Below are positions 1 through 10,000 of a DNA stretch of 64,000 nt, piece after piece. The DNA is from an uncultured bacterium (GTDB lineage Bacteria > Omnitrophota > Omnitrophia > Omnitrophales > Aquincolibacteriaceae), in the NCBI GenBank assembly GCA_964410905.1, contig CAYPIR010000002.1:78665-142664 (forward strand), written 5' to 3'. The position numbers and the translations under genes are program-made. Each line of letters begins with the position of its first letter. The first letter of the stretch is position 1. The notes beneath the pieces were generated by a model that saw only the letters and a program-made list of their open reading frames with translations, was not told the origin of the DNA and did no database searches.

Positions 1-500
1 GAAAGATCATTGCAATGTGCGGTGAAGCAGTGTCCTTTCTTGATAGTATGCTGGAACGCTTGATTAGATTTTCTGGTGATTTCACGCAAATTGATGAGGA
101 AATGGTTGCTAAGTTTGAAGAGGATTGGGCGGAGATTGATGTTTTTAAATTAGGGAATGCTATTATTGCCCGCGATTCTAATTTGGCGGTTAAATGTTTT
201 AATATTTTATCGAACGCGGGAGAAGCTGAGCCTCTCGCGGTTATTCCAAGACTCCATTGGCAAATTAGACAGCTTTGGCAAGTTGCGATACTTTCAAATA
301 AAGGAGTTTCAGATAAAGAGATTTGTTCTAAACTAAGAATTCCGCCTTTTCGGCTTGCTCAAATGAAAAAAATTTCGCTGAAACGCGCTGAAGCGATGTT
401 GGAAGATTTGTATCAATTAGATATTAAATTGAAAACAGGTCGCGCTGGCGAGAATAAGGAAGCAGCACTTGAAAAATGGATTTTGGAATATTCAAAATAA
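1..500 (+). CDS. holA: DNA polymerase III delta subunit, C-terminal part (5' end cut off by the window edge)
   Basis: The ORF runs in frame to the window start. Its C-terminal helical region resembles the delta subunit (…AVIPRLHWQIRQLWQVAIL…). rpsT lies immediately downstream, as in many genomes. Confidence 0.5.
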   Translation, partial: KIIAMCGEAVSFLDSMLERLIRFSGDFTQIDEEMVAKFEEDWAEIDVFKLGNAIIARDSNLAVKCFNILSNAGEAEPLAVIPRLHWQIRQLWQVAILSNKGVSDKEICSKLRIPPFRLAQMKKISLKRAEAMLEDLYQLDIKLKTGRAGENKEAALEKWILEYSK

Positions 501-555
501 AAAAAGCAGACAACCACGGATGATTGCCTGCTTTTTGATTTGAAAATTAGATTTA

Positions 556-819
556 TTATTTTTTCTTGATTTTAGAAAGGAAGGAAGCGATGCGCGCTTT
601 GCGACGGTTGGCTCGTCCTTTTGGAATAATTCCTTTAAAAGCAGCGCGGTCGTAACGCGAAACAAGTGTTGCTGCGACTTCTTGTGCTTTTACAGAATCA
701 AGCGCGAGTTGAGCTAGCTTTTTGCTTAGGGTTCTAAGTTCAGAGATAACGGCTAAATTTCTTTCTCTTTTTTTCGCGTCACTTCTAATACGCTTTGCGG
801 CAGAACGAATATTGGGCAT
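556..819 (-). CDS. rpsT: 30S ribosomal protein S20
   Basis: 87-aa basic protein. MPNIRSAAKRIRSDAKKRERN… is the classic S20 N-terminus. Confidence 0.85.
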   Translation of the reverse strand: MPNIRSAAKRIRSDAKKRERNLAVISELRTLSKKLAQLALDSVKAQEVAATLVSRYDRAAFKGIIPKGRANRRKARIASFLSKIKKK

Positions 820-850
820 TTGAAAAAACTCCTATAGGTGAAAAATTTTT

Positions 851-2485
851 GTGAATTTATCACGCGATAATAAATCTGTCAACGAACAATCGGTAAATGA
901 AACTCATAACGCGGGGACGCGCCACCTTGTTCGCGCTACCGCTCTTATTGCGGCGCTTACTTTGATAGGACGGATACTTGGGCTCATTCGTGATATTGTT
1001 AGCGCTAAAACTTTTGGAACAAACTGGCATTATGACGCGTTTCTTTACGCGTTTATGCTGCCCAATCTTTTTAGGCGCATTGTGGGAGAGGGCGGACTGA
1101 CTAGCGCGTTTATCCCGATCTATAACTCAATTCATGAAAAACAGGGCGAAAAAGAGGCGTTTCGCTTCGCCAATGTTACGATTAGTGTTTTAGGCGTTGC
1201 GTTGCTTGTTTTTATTTTATGCGTGGAAGGCGTTTTGAGTATTCTCGTAGCCTGCGAGTTTAAATCACAAATTCTCAATCTCACTCTGCAGCTTTCTCGT
1301 ATTCTTTTCCCATACCTTTGGTTTCTTTCACTATACGCGCTAGGTATGGGAATTTTAAATAGCCATAAACATTTTTTCGCGCCTTCACTTGGTCCGGCGA
1401 TTTTAGATTTGACATGGATTCTTGCCGTCATATTTATTCCGCCGAAATTCTCAGGCGATTCTCTTCACGAAGTTACTTGGCTTTCTTACGCGGTTTTACT
1501 GGGAGGGTTGCTTCATGTGATAGTGGAGTTGCCACCGTTGTATGCCATTGGATTTAGGCTTCGCTGGATTTGGGACACGGCTTATGACGGACTAAAAAAA
1601 GCTTGGAAACTTTTATTGCCAGTAATTTTGGGATTTGCTGTAGTTCAAATAAACATTACAGTCGATATGACGCTTGGCATGGTTATTGGTTCTGGAGCAA
1701 ACTCAAGTCTTTGGTACGGAAACAGACTTATGCAGTTTCCGCTTGGGATTTTCGCGCTTGCCATGGGAACGGCGCTTTTACCTCTTATGGCTCGGCAAAT
1801 CGCGCGCGGCGAAAAAGAACTTTCAAAAAAAACATTATCGTTCGCGCTTCGTAATGTGTTCTTTATTATTTTACCGTCATCTGTCGGGCTTATTGTTTTG
1901 CGCGAACCGATTATACAAATGCTTTTTGAACGTGGCGCGTTTGACGCGACCTCAACCGCTAGGTGCGCGGCTGTGCTACTTGGCTATACGATAGGGCTTT
2001 TTGCTTTTGCTGGACAAAAAATTATGAACAGCGGTTATTATGCCGCGCATGATTCTAAAACACCGATGAAAACCGCCGTGTGGTCGCTTCTGTCAAATAT
2101 TATCATCAGCCTTATCCTTATGATTCCTTTAAAAGAGGCGGGGCTAGCGCTTGCGACTTCGATTTCAGGAATTATTCAACTAGGACAACTTATTTATTAT
2201 TACCCTAAAAAAGTTGGCGATTTTCCGTTTGCTAACATAGTAAAATCGTTTTTGAAACTTTTCTTAGCCGCTGTCGCGATGGGTGTTGTGGCGCATTTTT
2301 CGCTTGGAGCATTGAAAGATTTTTTTCCAGGCGAGACATCCGTAGCGAAGGTTTTGCAAGTTCTTGGTTCAATGGGGATTTCCGCGTTTGTGTACTTGGG
2401 AATTTGTTTTGTATTTAAACTTCCCGAGATTAGAGAAACATTGGAATGGTTTCTATTGAAACATAAAAATGAAAAAATTGCGTGA
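851..2485 (+). CDS. murJ: lipid II flippase MurJ/MviN
   Basis: 544-aa polytopic membrane protein with a GTG start. MurJ-like motifs (…LPNLFRRIVGEGGLTSAFIPIY…) and ~14 predicted TM helices. Confidence 0.85.
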   Translation: MNLSRDNKSVNEQSVNETHNAGTRHLVRATALIAALTLIGRILGLIRDIVSAKTFGTNWHYDAFLYAFMLPNLFRRIVGEGGLTSAFIPIYNSIHEKQGEKEAFRFANVTISVLGVALLVFILCVEGVLSILVACEFKSQILNLTLQLSRILFPYLWFLSLYALGMGILNSHKHFFAPSLGPAILDLTWILAVIFIPPKFSGDSLHEVTWLSYAVLLGGLLHVIVELPPLYAIGFRLRWIWDTAYDGLKKAWKLLLPVILGFAVVQINITVDMTLGMVIGSGANSSLWYGNRLMQFPLGIFALAMGTALLPLMARQIARGEKELSKKTLSFALRNVFFIILPSSVGLIVLREPIIQMLFERGAFDATSTARCAAVLLGYTIGLFAFAGQKIMNSGYYAAHDSKTPMKTAVWSLLSNIIISLILMIPLKEAGLALATSISGIIQLGQLIYYYPKKVGDFPFANIVKSFLKLFLAAVAMGVVAHFSLGALKDFFPGETSVAKVLQVLGSMGISAFVYLGICFVFKLPEIRETLEWFLLKHKNEKIA

Positions 2486-3896
2486 GAAAGTAAAAGATTT
2501 CCCGATTACGCCCGGCGTTTATGTCATGAGAAACGCGCGAGGAGACGCGATTTATATCGGCAAAGCCAAATCTCTTAAAAAACGAGCGCTGTCGTATTTC
2601 CGCATTCCCGCGCCTACGCCAAAAATCACGGTGTTGATGGAGAAAGTCGAAAGAATAGATTACATAGACACGCCTACGGAAATGGACGCGCTTTTGCTGG
2701 AAGCGCATCTTGTTCGCAAACACCAACCACGCTACAATCAAGAATTAAAAGACGACAAAAGTTTCCCGCTGCTAAAAATCACAAAAGAAAAATTTCCAAG
2801 ACTTTCCATTACGCGGCGAAAAGAAGATAAGAACGCGATTTATTACGGACCATACACAAGCTCACTTTTGCTAAAACAGGCGATCAATTTAATTCAGGCG
2901 CTTTTCCCAATACGGAAATGCCGAACATTGCCCAAGTCCGCGTGTCTTTATTTTCATATCGGTCAATGCGTTGCTCCCTGCATACATCCCGAAGTCCGAC
3001 CCAAATACGATTTGCTTATAGAAGAACTCAAAACATTTTTAGGCGGAGGGAAGAAAAGTTTTGTTCAATATTTGAAAGAGAGAATGGAAGATGCAAGCAA
3101 GGCGACTAAATTTGAGGAAGCGAAATTCTTTAAGGACCAAATTGACGCTTTGGGGAAGTTGAAGAGAAAAAGATTTTTTCCCAAAAATCCCGGCAAAGGC
3201 ATTTCTCTATCAGCCACTTTGGAATTAAAAGAAACTTTAAACCTTGCTAAAATTCCCGCGCGAATAGTTTGTTTTGATGTGTCGAATGTTCAAGGGAATA
3301 AATCTGTCGCGTCCCGCGTGGCTTTTTACCGCGAGTTTCCAGATAAGGCTTCGTATAGGCGATACCGCATAAAAGACATTTCGGGGATAAACGACTATGC
3401 GATGATTTCGCAAGCGTTGACGCGGATGATACGAGGAATTAACGAGAGGCGAGAAAGATTTATTCCCGACCTTATTGTGATAGACGGCGGGCTTGGACAT
3501 TTGAACGCGGCGATAAAAATATTGCGGCAAGAAAAAATGGAAAATGTGGAAATCGTTTCCATTGCTAAACAGTTTGAATGGATTTATTCGCCGAAATTTT
3601 TGCGGCCGATTGTTTTCGATTCGACTTCGCCGGCGATTTATCTTTTGAAAAAAATTCGCGATGAAGCCCATCGTTTTGCGATTACATATCATAGAAGTCT
3701 AAAGTCTAAATCTTTGGAAGAATCTGAGCTTGATAAAATAGAAGGCATTGGGGTGAAGCGAAAGCGGCTCTTACTCAAAAAATTTGAAAATATAGATAAA
3801 ATTCGAGATACTTCCATCAATGAAATCGCGAAAATAGACGGTTTTGACATTAAAATCGCGAAAAAAATTATAGAATTTTTAAATAGTAAAATATAG
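2469..3896 (+). CDS. uvrC: excinuclease ABC subunit C (short form)
   Basis: N-terminal GIY-YIG nuclease (PGVYVMRN…IYIGKAKSLKKR), an RNase H-like endonuclease domain and a C-terminal HhH. It overlaps the murJ stop by 17 nt. Confidence 0.8.
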   Translation: MKKLREKVKDFPITPGVYVMRNARGDAIYIGKAKSLKKRALSYFRIPAPTPKITVLMEKVERIDYIDTPTEMDALLLEAHLVRKHQPRYNQELKDDKSFPLLKITKEKFPRLSITRRKEDKNAIYYGPYTSSLLLKQAINLIQALFPIRKCRTLPKSACLYFHIGQCVAPCIHPEVRPKYDLLIEELKTFLGGGKKSFVQYLKERMEDASKATKFEEAKFFKDQIDALGKLKRKRFFPKNPGKGISLSATLELKETLNLAKIPARIVCFDVSNVQGNKSVASRVAFYREFPDKASYRRYRIKDISGINDYAMISQALTRMIRGINERRERFIPDLIVIDGGLGHLNAAIKILRQEKMENVEIVSIAKQFEWIYSPKFLRPIVFDSTSPAIYLLKKIRDEAHRFAITYHRSLKSKSLEESELDKIEGIGVKRKRLLLKKFENIDKIRDTSINEIAKIDGFDIKIAKKIIEFLNSKI

Positions 3897-4021
3897 CAAT
3901 TTATAGTATTAAAAATGTTTCAAAAGTTTTAACATCCCACCTTAAGCAGTTTTAATATGTATTAATAGCCTATTTTGCCCTCTCACTACCTTGAAAGTAA
4001 GAAAAAATGTGTTAGCTTCTA

Positions 4022-7000
4022 GTGATGCCCAATCTGATGAAAAAACATCTTTCTAAAACCTCAATACAAAGCTGGATTGAATCGCGATTTGTCCGCAGGC
4101 TGGTCGCGTCTTTAGTAGGGGTGTTTTTTATCTCTTCTAACATTCTTTATCCTACCGCCTTTGCAACGCCTAAGCCCATTGCTTTACAAGAAAAAATACA
4201 AAAGAAAGACGGCTTTGAAATACCCGAAAGTTTGGGAACGGTGATAAGCACAAGTTTAAATGCGCAAGAAAAAATACCGAATGTTTTTTTAATACAAGAC
4301 GCGCACGCGATCCCGAGCGCTCAAAAAAACCTTGGAAAATTGACTCAATATTTACAAGAAAATTATGGAATTCAAACGGTCGCGTTAGAAGGCGCGGACG
4401 GCGAAATTGACGCGACTCTTTTTAAAACATTTCCTGACAAACAAAAACGCGATGGATTTTTTAATGATCTGCTTGAACGCGGCGAGATTTCCGGAGTCGC
4501 GACGGCGAGCGTACTTTCTCAATTTCCATCAAAATACATAGGCTTGGAAGATTGGGCCCTTTATCAAAAAGGGACTGAGAGTTTTCTGAAAAGTATGGAG
4601 ACTAAAAGCGAGAAGATTGGAGAACTGGAGCTTTTAAAACAAAATCTTCAAAAATTAAAAAATAAATATTTCTCGAAAGAGCTGCTTGAATTTAACTATG
4701 AACAAACCAGGTGGGAAGAAGAGACAAGGAACATAGCGAGCTTTTTGAAATATCTTCTGCGGTATAAAAACTTAGCAGATACGGAAAGTGAAATTTTAAA
4801 TATTTTAAAAATCATAGACGAAGAAAACAAAGAACTGGATGCCCAAACTAACGCGGAAATAAAAGCGCTTGCGGAGCGAATCGAAAAGAAACTAAAAGAC
4901 AAAACGGAAATAATTAAATTTAATAAATTAAAACAAGAAGTTCAAACCTCACAAATCAACAAAATAGAATTTTTAAGTGAAAGCGTGAAGCTTTTGCCTG
5001 AGGAAATAGCGGATGTCTCGCCGACGGTTTGGCAAAAAGTTTTACAACATAGACGGCTGAACGCTTTGACAGGAAAAGAGTTTTTAAATTCTCTTGAGAG
5101 TTTCCTTGAGAACGTTGAGAAAAATCTTATTTTTTCCAACGCGGAAAAACAAATTTTAAAAATGGACGAGCAGTTGCTTTTATTGGGCAAGCTTTTTAGA
5201 TTAGAACTTACGCGCGGCTCTTTGAAAAAAATAAAAAAATTTTTTAGTGAAAATGTTTCTAGTAAAAATGCTGACATCGCGGAATTAAACGAAAGCATTT
5301 ATAAGTTTGCCAAGAATTCTTCGAATGATGTTTTTTATAATTTTTACAATATAGCCGAAGAGCGCGAAACTGTTTTTGAACAGAAACTTTTCTTACTAAA
5401 GAATTTATCCGACGTTTTAGTTGTTTTGGGCGGGTTTCACACTGACGCGGTAGCGGAAAAGCTCAGGTCTAAAAATATTTCTTACGCGATTATTTCGCCT
5501 GTCATAAAAGACATTCCCGCGGACGATCGCTACCTTAAACAAATGACGGGCAATGTGTCTTGGTCCAAATATTTTGTTTTGAATAATGGACAAATAAACT
5601 TGTATGACTCTTTAGCAAGAGCGTTTGTCGATAATGTTCGTGTCAAAGGCAATGTCGAGGACGCGAAACTTTGGCGTAATGAAATTATCCGTTTACTCGC
5701 TGGACAAAAGAGAGTTTCTGAATACGGTAAATACGCGGCTTATATTGCGGATGAGAATTTTAAAAAGAAAAAATCGGAATGGATTGTCAAACTCCAATCG
5801 TTTATTGAACGGCTCAAGTTTTTTGACCGCAATGGGCAGCTTACCGAACAAAACATTGCTAGCATTTTTGCCGCGCAAACCCATCAAACCCCATATGCTG
5901 TGGCGTCATTTGTGCCCAATACACAAATACAGGTTTCGTTTCCCTCTGCGCAGAATGACAAAACCGTCCGCTCTGAATCAAGAACTGATTTTGAAACGCG
6001 CCGTTCCTTTCGTTTTAACAATCACTATGGAATTCATATTCGCCCCAGTTCACTTCTCGCAGATTTTGCTTGGAAATCATTTGAAAAACTTGGACTGAAA
6101 GTTTCCATTAGAAAAAATAACGAAGAGCTTATCCCGATGACTTCCACTTTTCTTATTCGCGAACTTGGAATTGCCAGCGGCGACCAAATTGAAATTTTAA
6201 TAGAAGGCGAACAGCCTCAAACGCTTCGCGAGCAAGTCGCGAACCTTATTGAACAAGTTATTTCAGATAGCAATATGCTTGAAGAAGAGGGAATTGAGAA
6301 TCCTAAATATGAGTTATACGTTGAAAAGTTAAATAAAATTTCGGAACAGCAGACGTTTGACATTGATGATGCCGCGCAATCCGCTTTAGAAAATAGCAAT
6401 GGACGGTTTTTAAGTTGGATCGCGGAAAAAGGATTTGGAGGAATTGTTAGTTTTGCAAATGCTGCCGCAGACCACTTTTCAAATATTGGGAAGAAGTCTT
6501 TGGATGTGGATTTTGATGAAATCGAGTTTTATTATCAGAATGAAATAGTTCGCGGTTATCCATCTATAAAAAGCCGAATGCTTGGAATTGTAAACACCAA
6601 AGGAATATTTATTTTTAACGCGCGTGTCCAAGATGAAAAGAACGCGCTCGCGTTTGGTATTTATCCTGAGGATTATCAGCCGTCAAGCCGAAGCGGTTCC
6701 GTTGTGAAAATGAGACATAAAAACATTCCAAATCCCGGGCATGGCGATGGAGTTCTTGAATGCGTCTTCCAAAATGTCGGTGAAGTTCCTAAATTGCTGA
6801 TGGTGCCTGTTTTTCCCGGTAGAAAAGCTGCCGCGGAAGATTTTAGAAAATATACTAGCGATGCCGCGAGACTTGCCAGATTTTTGATTGTGGCTGGAAT
6901 GCCTAAAGCCACCCGCCTTGATGAAGCGACTCAATACGATATTGTTGATTTTATAAAAAAAGGCGGCGGCGACATCCGTTCGGAGCAGCTTCAAACGCTT

Positions 7001-10000
7001 AACGATTTGATCCGTCTTGATGAAGAAGATTTTCTTGAATCTAATTTTGAAAATGATGCTGATGAACAAATTCAGCGAAGTGAGACGCGCGGCAAAAGCG
7101 ATAGCCGGCAAAACTTGGGGGAAATTGAATTTTATGTGCGCGACGAAATGAAGTCGAAGGAAGAGACCAAAAAATTTCTTGCTGAAATTAATGCCAGTAA
7201 TAGAGAGTATATTTTTGTGGCGAAACAGCCAGAAGAAACTCTCCAAATAAACTTTGGAGTTCGCGGCAGTGATTTTCATGATGAACTTGGTTCTGAGATA
7301 GAAGGTTCTTTGTCCGGTGTGATTTATTCAGAATCTGGCGAGCGGGAAATTATTTTGGTGCCCAATTTCGAGAACCGCGTTTTTGGAAATTTTGGAAAAG
7401 CAATTAAAGATATAAAAAGAGTCTCGGGAATTTTAATTGAAAATGGATTGTCAAAAGATATTAAGATCGGTAAAGGTAACAAGAACGGAATTGCCAAGCT
7501 TTACAGACAGGCATTTGATAGTGAACCGCCTAGTTTGCCAGAAACGCTTGGTGATTTAGCCGAACTAATAACTAAGGATGAAATTGACGCAAGACGAGTT
7601 CAAGAGAGCATCGCGAAAAGTGAAGTTCGAAGCTATAGCGAAAGCAATTTTATAAATAAATCCCTAAACGCGATGAAAAAACTCCCTCCTGCCGTAAATG
7701 GCAAACCTCAGAAAGTAAGCGTGGTGATCTCTACAAAAAATGGTGATAGGTTTTTTTCTCCGGAAGAAAACAGAAACGGGCAAGACTCGCTTCTTGTAAA
7801 GATAGAGCAGCTTCAAGAGCTCTTTTCGCTCAATCCATCATATGACTGGGAACTTATTATTGTCGATGACAATTCGCCAGACGGACGAACGGGAAAACGA
7901 ATTTTAGAAAAAGCGAAGCTGCTCTATCCTGATGATGTTGAGAAAGGAAAAATCCGCGTCCTTTTTTCTCAAAATAAAGAGAGTAGAAAAGGCGGAGCTA
8001 TAGTTTATGGGATATCAGACGCGCTGAGCGAATATTCTGACTATATTGTTTACACGGATGTGGATTTATCAACTGATTTGCGGCAAATAGGATTATTGCT
8101 AAACAGTCTTGTAGTTGAGAAAAATGGAATTGCCATCGGTTCACGAAGGCTAAAAAAATCCCAAACTATCGGCAGGACAAATTACAGAGAATTTTCCAGC
8201 TGGTTTTACAATAATCTCGTAGGGCTGATTCTCCCGCTTTTGAGAAATATAAAAGACACGCAATGCGGATTTAAAGCAATGAGCCGTGATGCCGCGCTTG
8301 AAACGATGCCTTTTGTAAAAGATTTCGGGATGTCTTTTGACACGGAAATTTTGTTGCTCGCCAGAGAAAAAGGGTTATCAATTGAAGAGATTCCAATTTA
8401 TTGGGAGGATTATCGCGGCGGAACATCTATTGTGGTCGCGAGCGAGACATTAAAAATGATTCAAGGGTTGCTAGATCAAAGCTTGCGGCATCAAATTCGT
8501 GAATCCCAATATTGGCCTATAGGAACACAGAAACCTTTGGCAATGATAGCGACTCAAGCCGCTAAAGAAGCAATATCTGTACTGAAAGCGATTTTAAAAG
8601 GTTTTATGCCATTGAGGGAGATTGCGGAAAGACCTAGCGGCGTCAAAATTGGCGAGGAGTTACGTTCAATTGAAAATAGTAAAAAAAATCTCGCGGAATT
8701 TATCAAAAATGGAACGAAAGGAAAATTTTGGGCGGAGGATAAAACATCTGTTGAAGACAAAATCGCGATTATTAATAGCGATTATGGCATAAATCTTCTT
8801 AGCGATAGCGAAGTGGTGCTACTCGAGGGCTTTTCGGATAGACCACAGCGTCCGATCTTAATAACAGCTCAAGATGGAAAACAGTATGTGTTCAGACGAT
8901 TTTTTACAGACTTAGAAAAAACTAAATTTGTAGTTTCGTATCAGAAACATTTTAATCAAAAAAATATCGATGAAGTCCCGCGGCTTATTCCGCGTAAAAA
9001 TATGTCGGGCGATCGGGCTGAGGATTATGTTTCTAAAATAGGAGATTATTATTATGTTCTTGAAGAAGCTCGTTTTGAAGGTCATATAGTCGATTACAAG
9101 GACGCGACAGAAAAACATTTTGAAACCATAGGAAAAACCATCGCTCGATTCCAAAATATCTCAGACGGTTTTGCCCCTGAAGGAGAGAAAACGGATGAAA
9201 CGTTAATAGGCGTTTTGAAGGCTAGAGATGATTTGGAAACGTTGCTGAAACTAACGAAACGGAAAAGTGAAATCGCAGGGTTTGAAAATTTATCGTCTGC
9301 TGAAAAAATTTTTATCAAAGCAATTCCATTTTTACTTCAACAAATGGAAATTTTAAGCGCAAATCTCCCAGAATCTCTTTACGAACAATTACCCCAAGCG
9401 TTGACCGAATGCGATATTGGTTTTCACAATATGCGATTCAGTGAAAATGGTGAAGACGCGCCTTCGGTTTACGATTTTGAACTTGTCCGCAAACAACCGC
9501 GCATTCAAGATTTTAGAAATTCAATGACAACTTTTGGGATGTCAACGGGACGCAGATATGACCGTAAGCTAATGGAAGGAATTTTAGGCGGATATGAAAA
9601 AGCGATTAAAACACCTTTGACGGAAGAAGAAAAAAGAGCAATCCCGGAAATCATACGCGGAACATTTTTGTGGACGTTTGTGGGGCTTTTTTTTGTTCAA
9701 GAAGAAAAAATCAATAATAATGAAAACCTTAGAAAGACAGTAGAATTATCGTTTGCCGATTTTCAAAAATTTGCTGAGGATTTTTCGAGCGGGAACATCA
9801 TTGGATTGTCATCTGATGCGGCTCAAGGCGATGGTGCGATAAGAAGCGAAAACCTCTCTGACGACTATCGTCCTTCGCTTATGGCGGAATTGCTTTTTAT
9901 TTCTAACCAAATCGAGGATATCCAAATTATCTTAAATGAATTAAGAAAATTTAGGCACAGCGATGAAGAACAACAAGCGTTAGAAAAAATTGAACAAGCT

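Noticed and set aside
6683-7279. 198-aa minus-strand ORF (and several 60-150 aa minus ORFs at 4696-5298, 8554-9318, 10703-11277, 12056-12958)
   Set aside because: All are antisense to the giant + strand ORF. They are K/F/S-rich low-complexity translations of an A-rich coding strand. No motifs.
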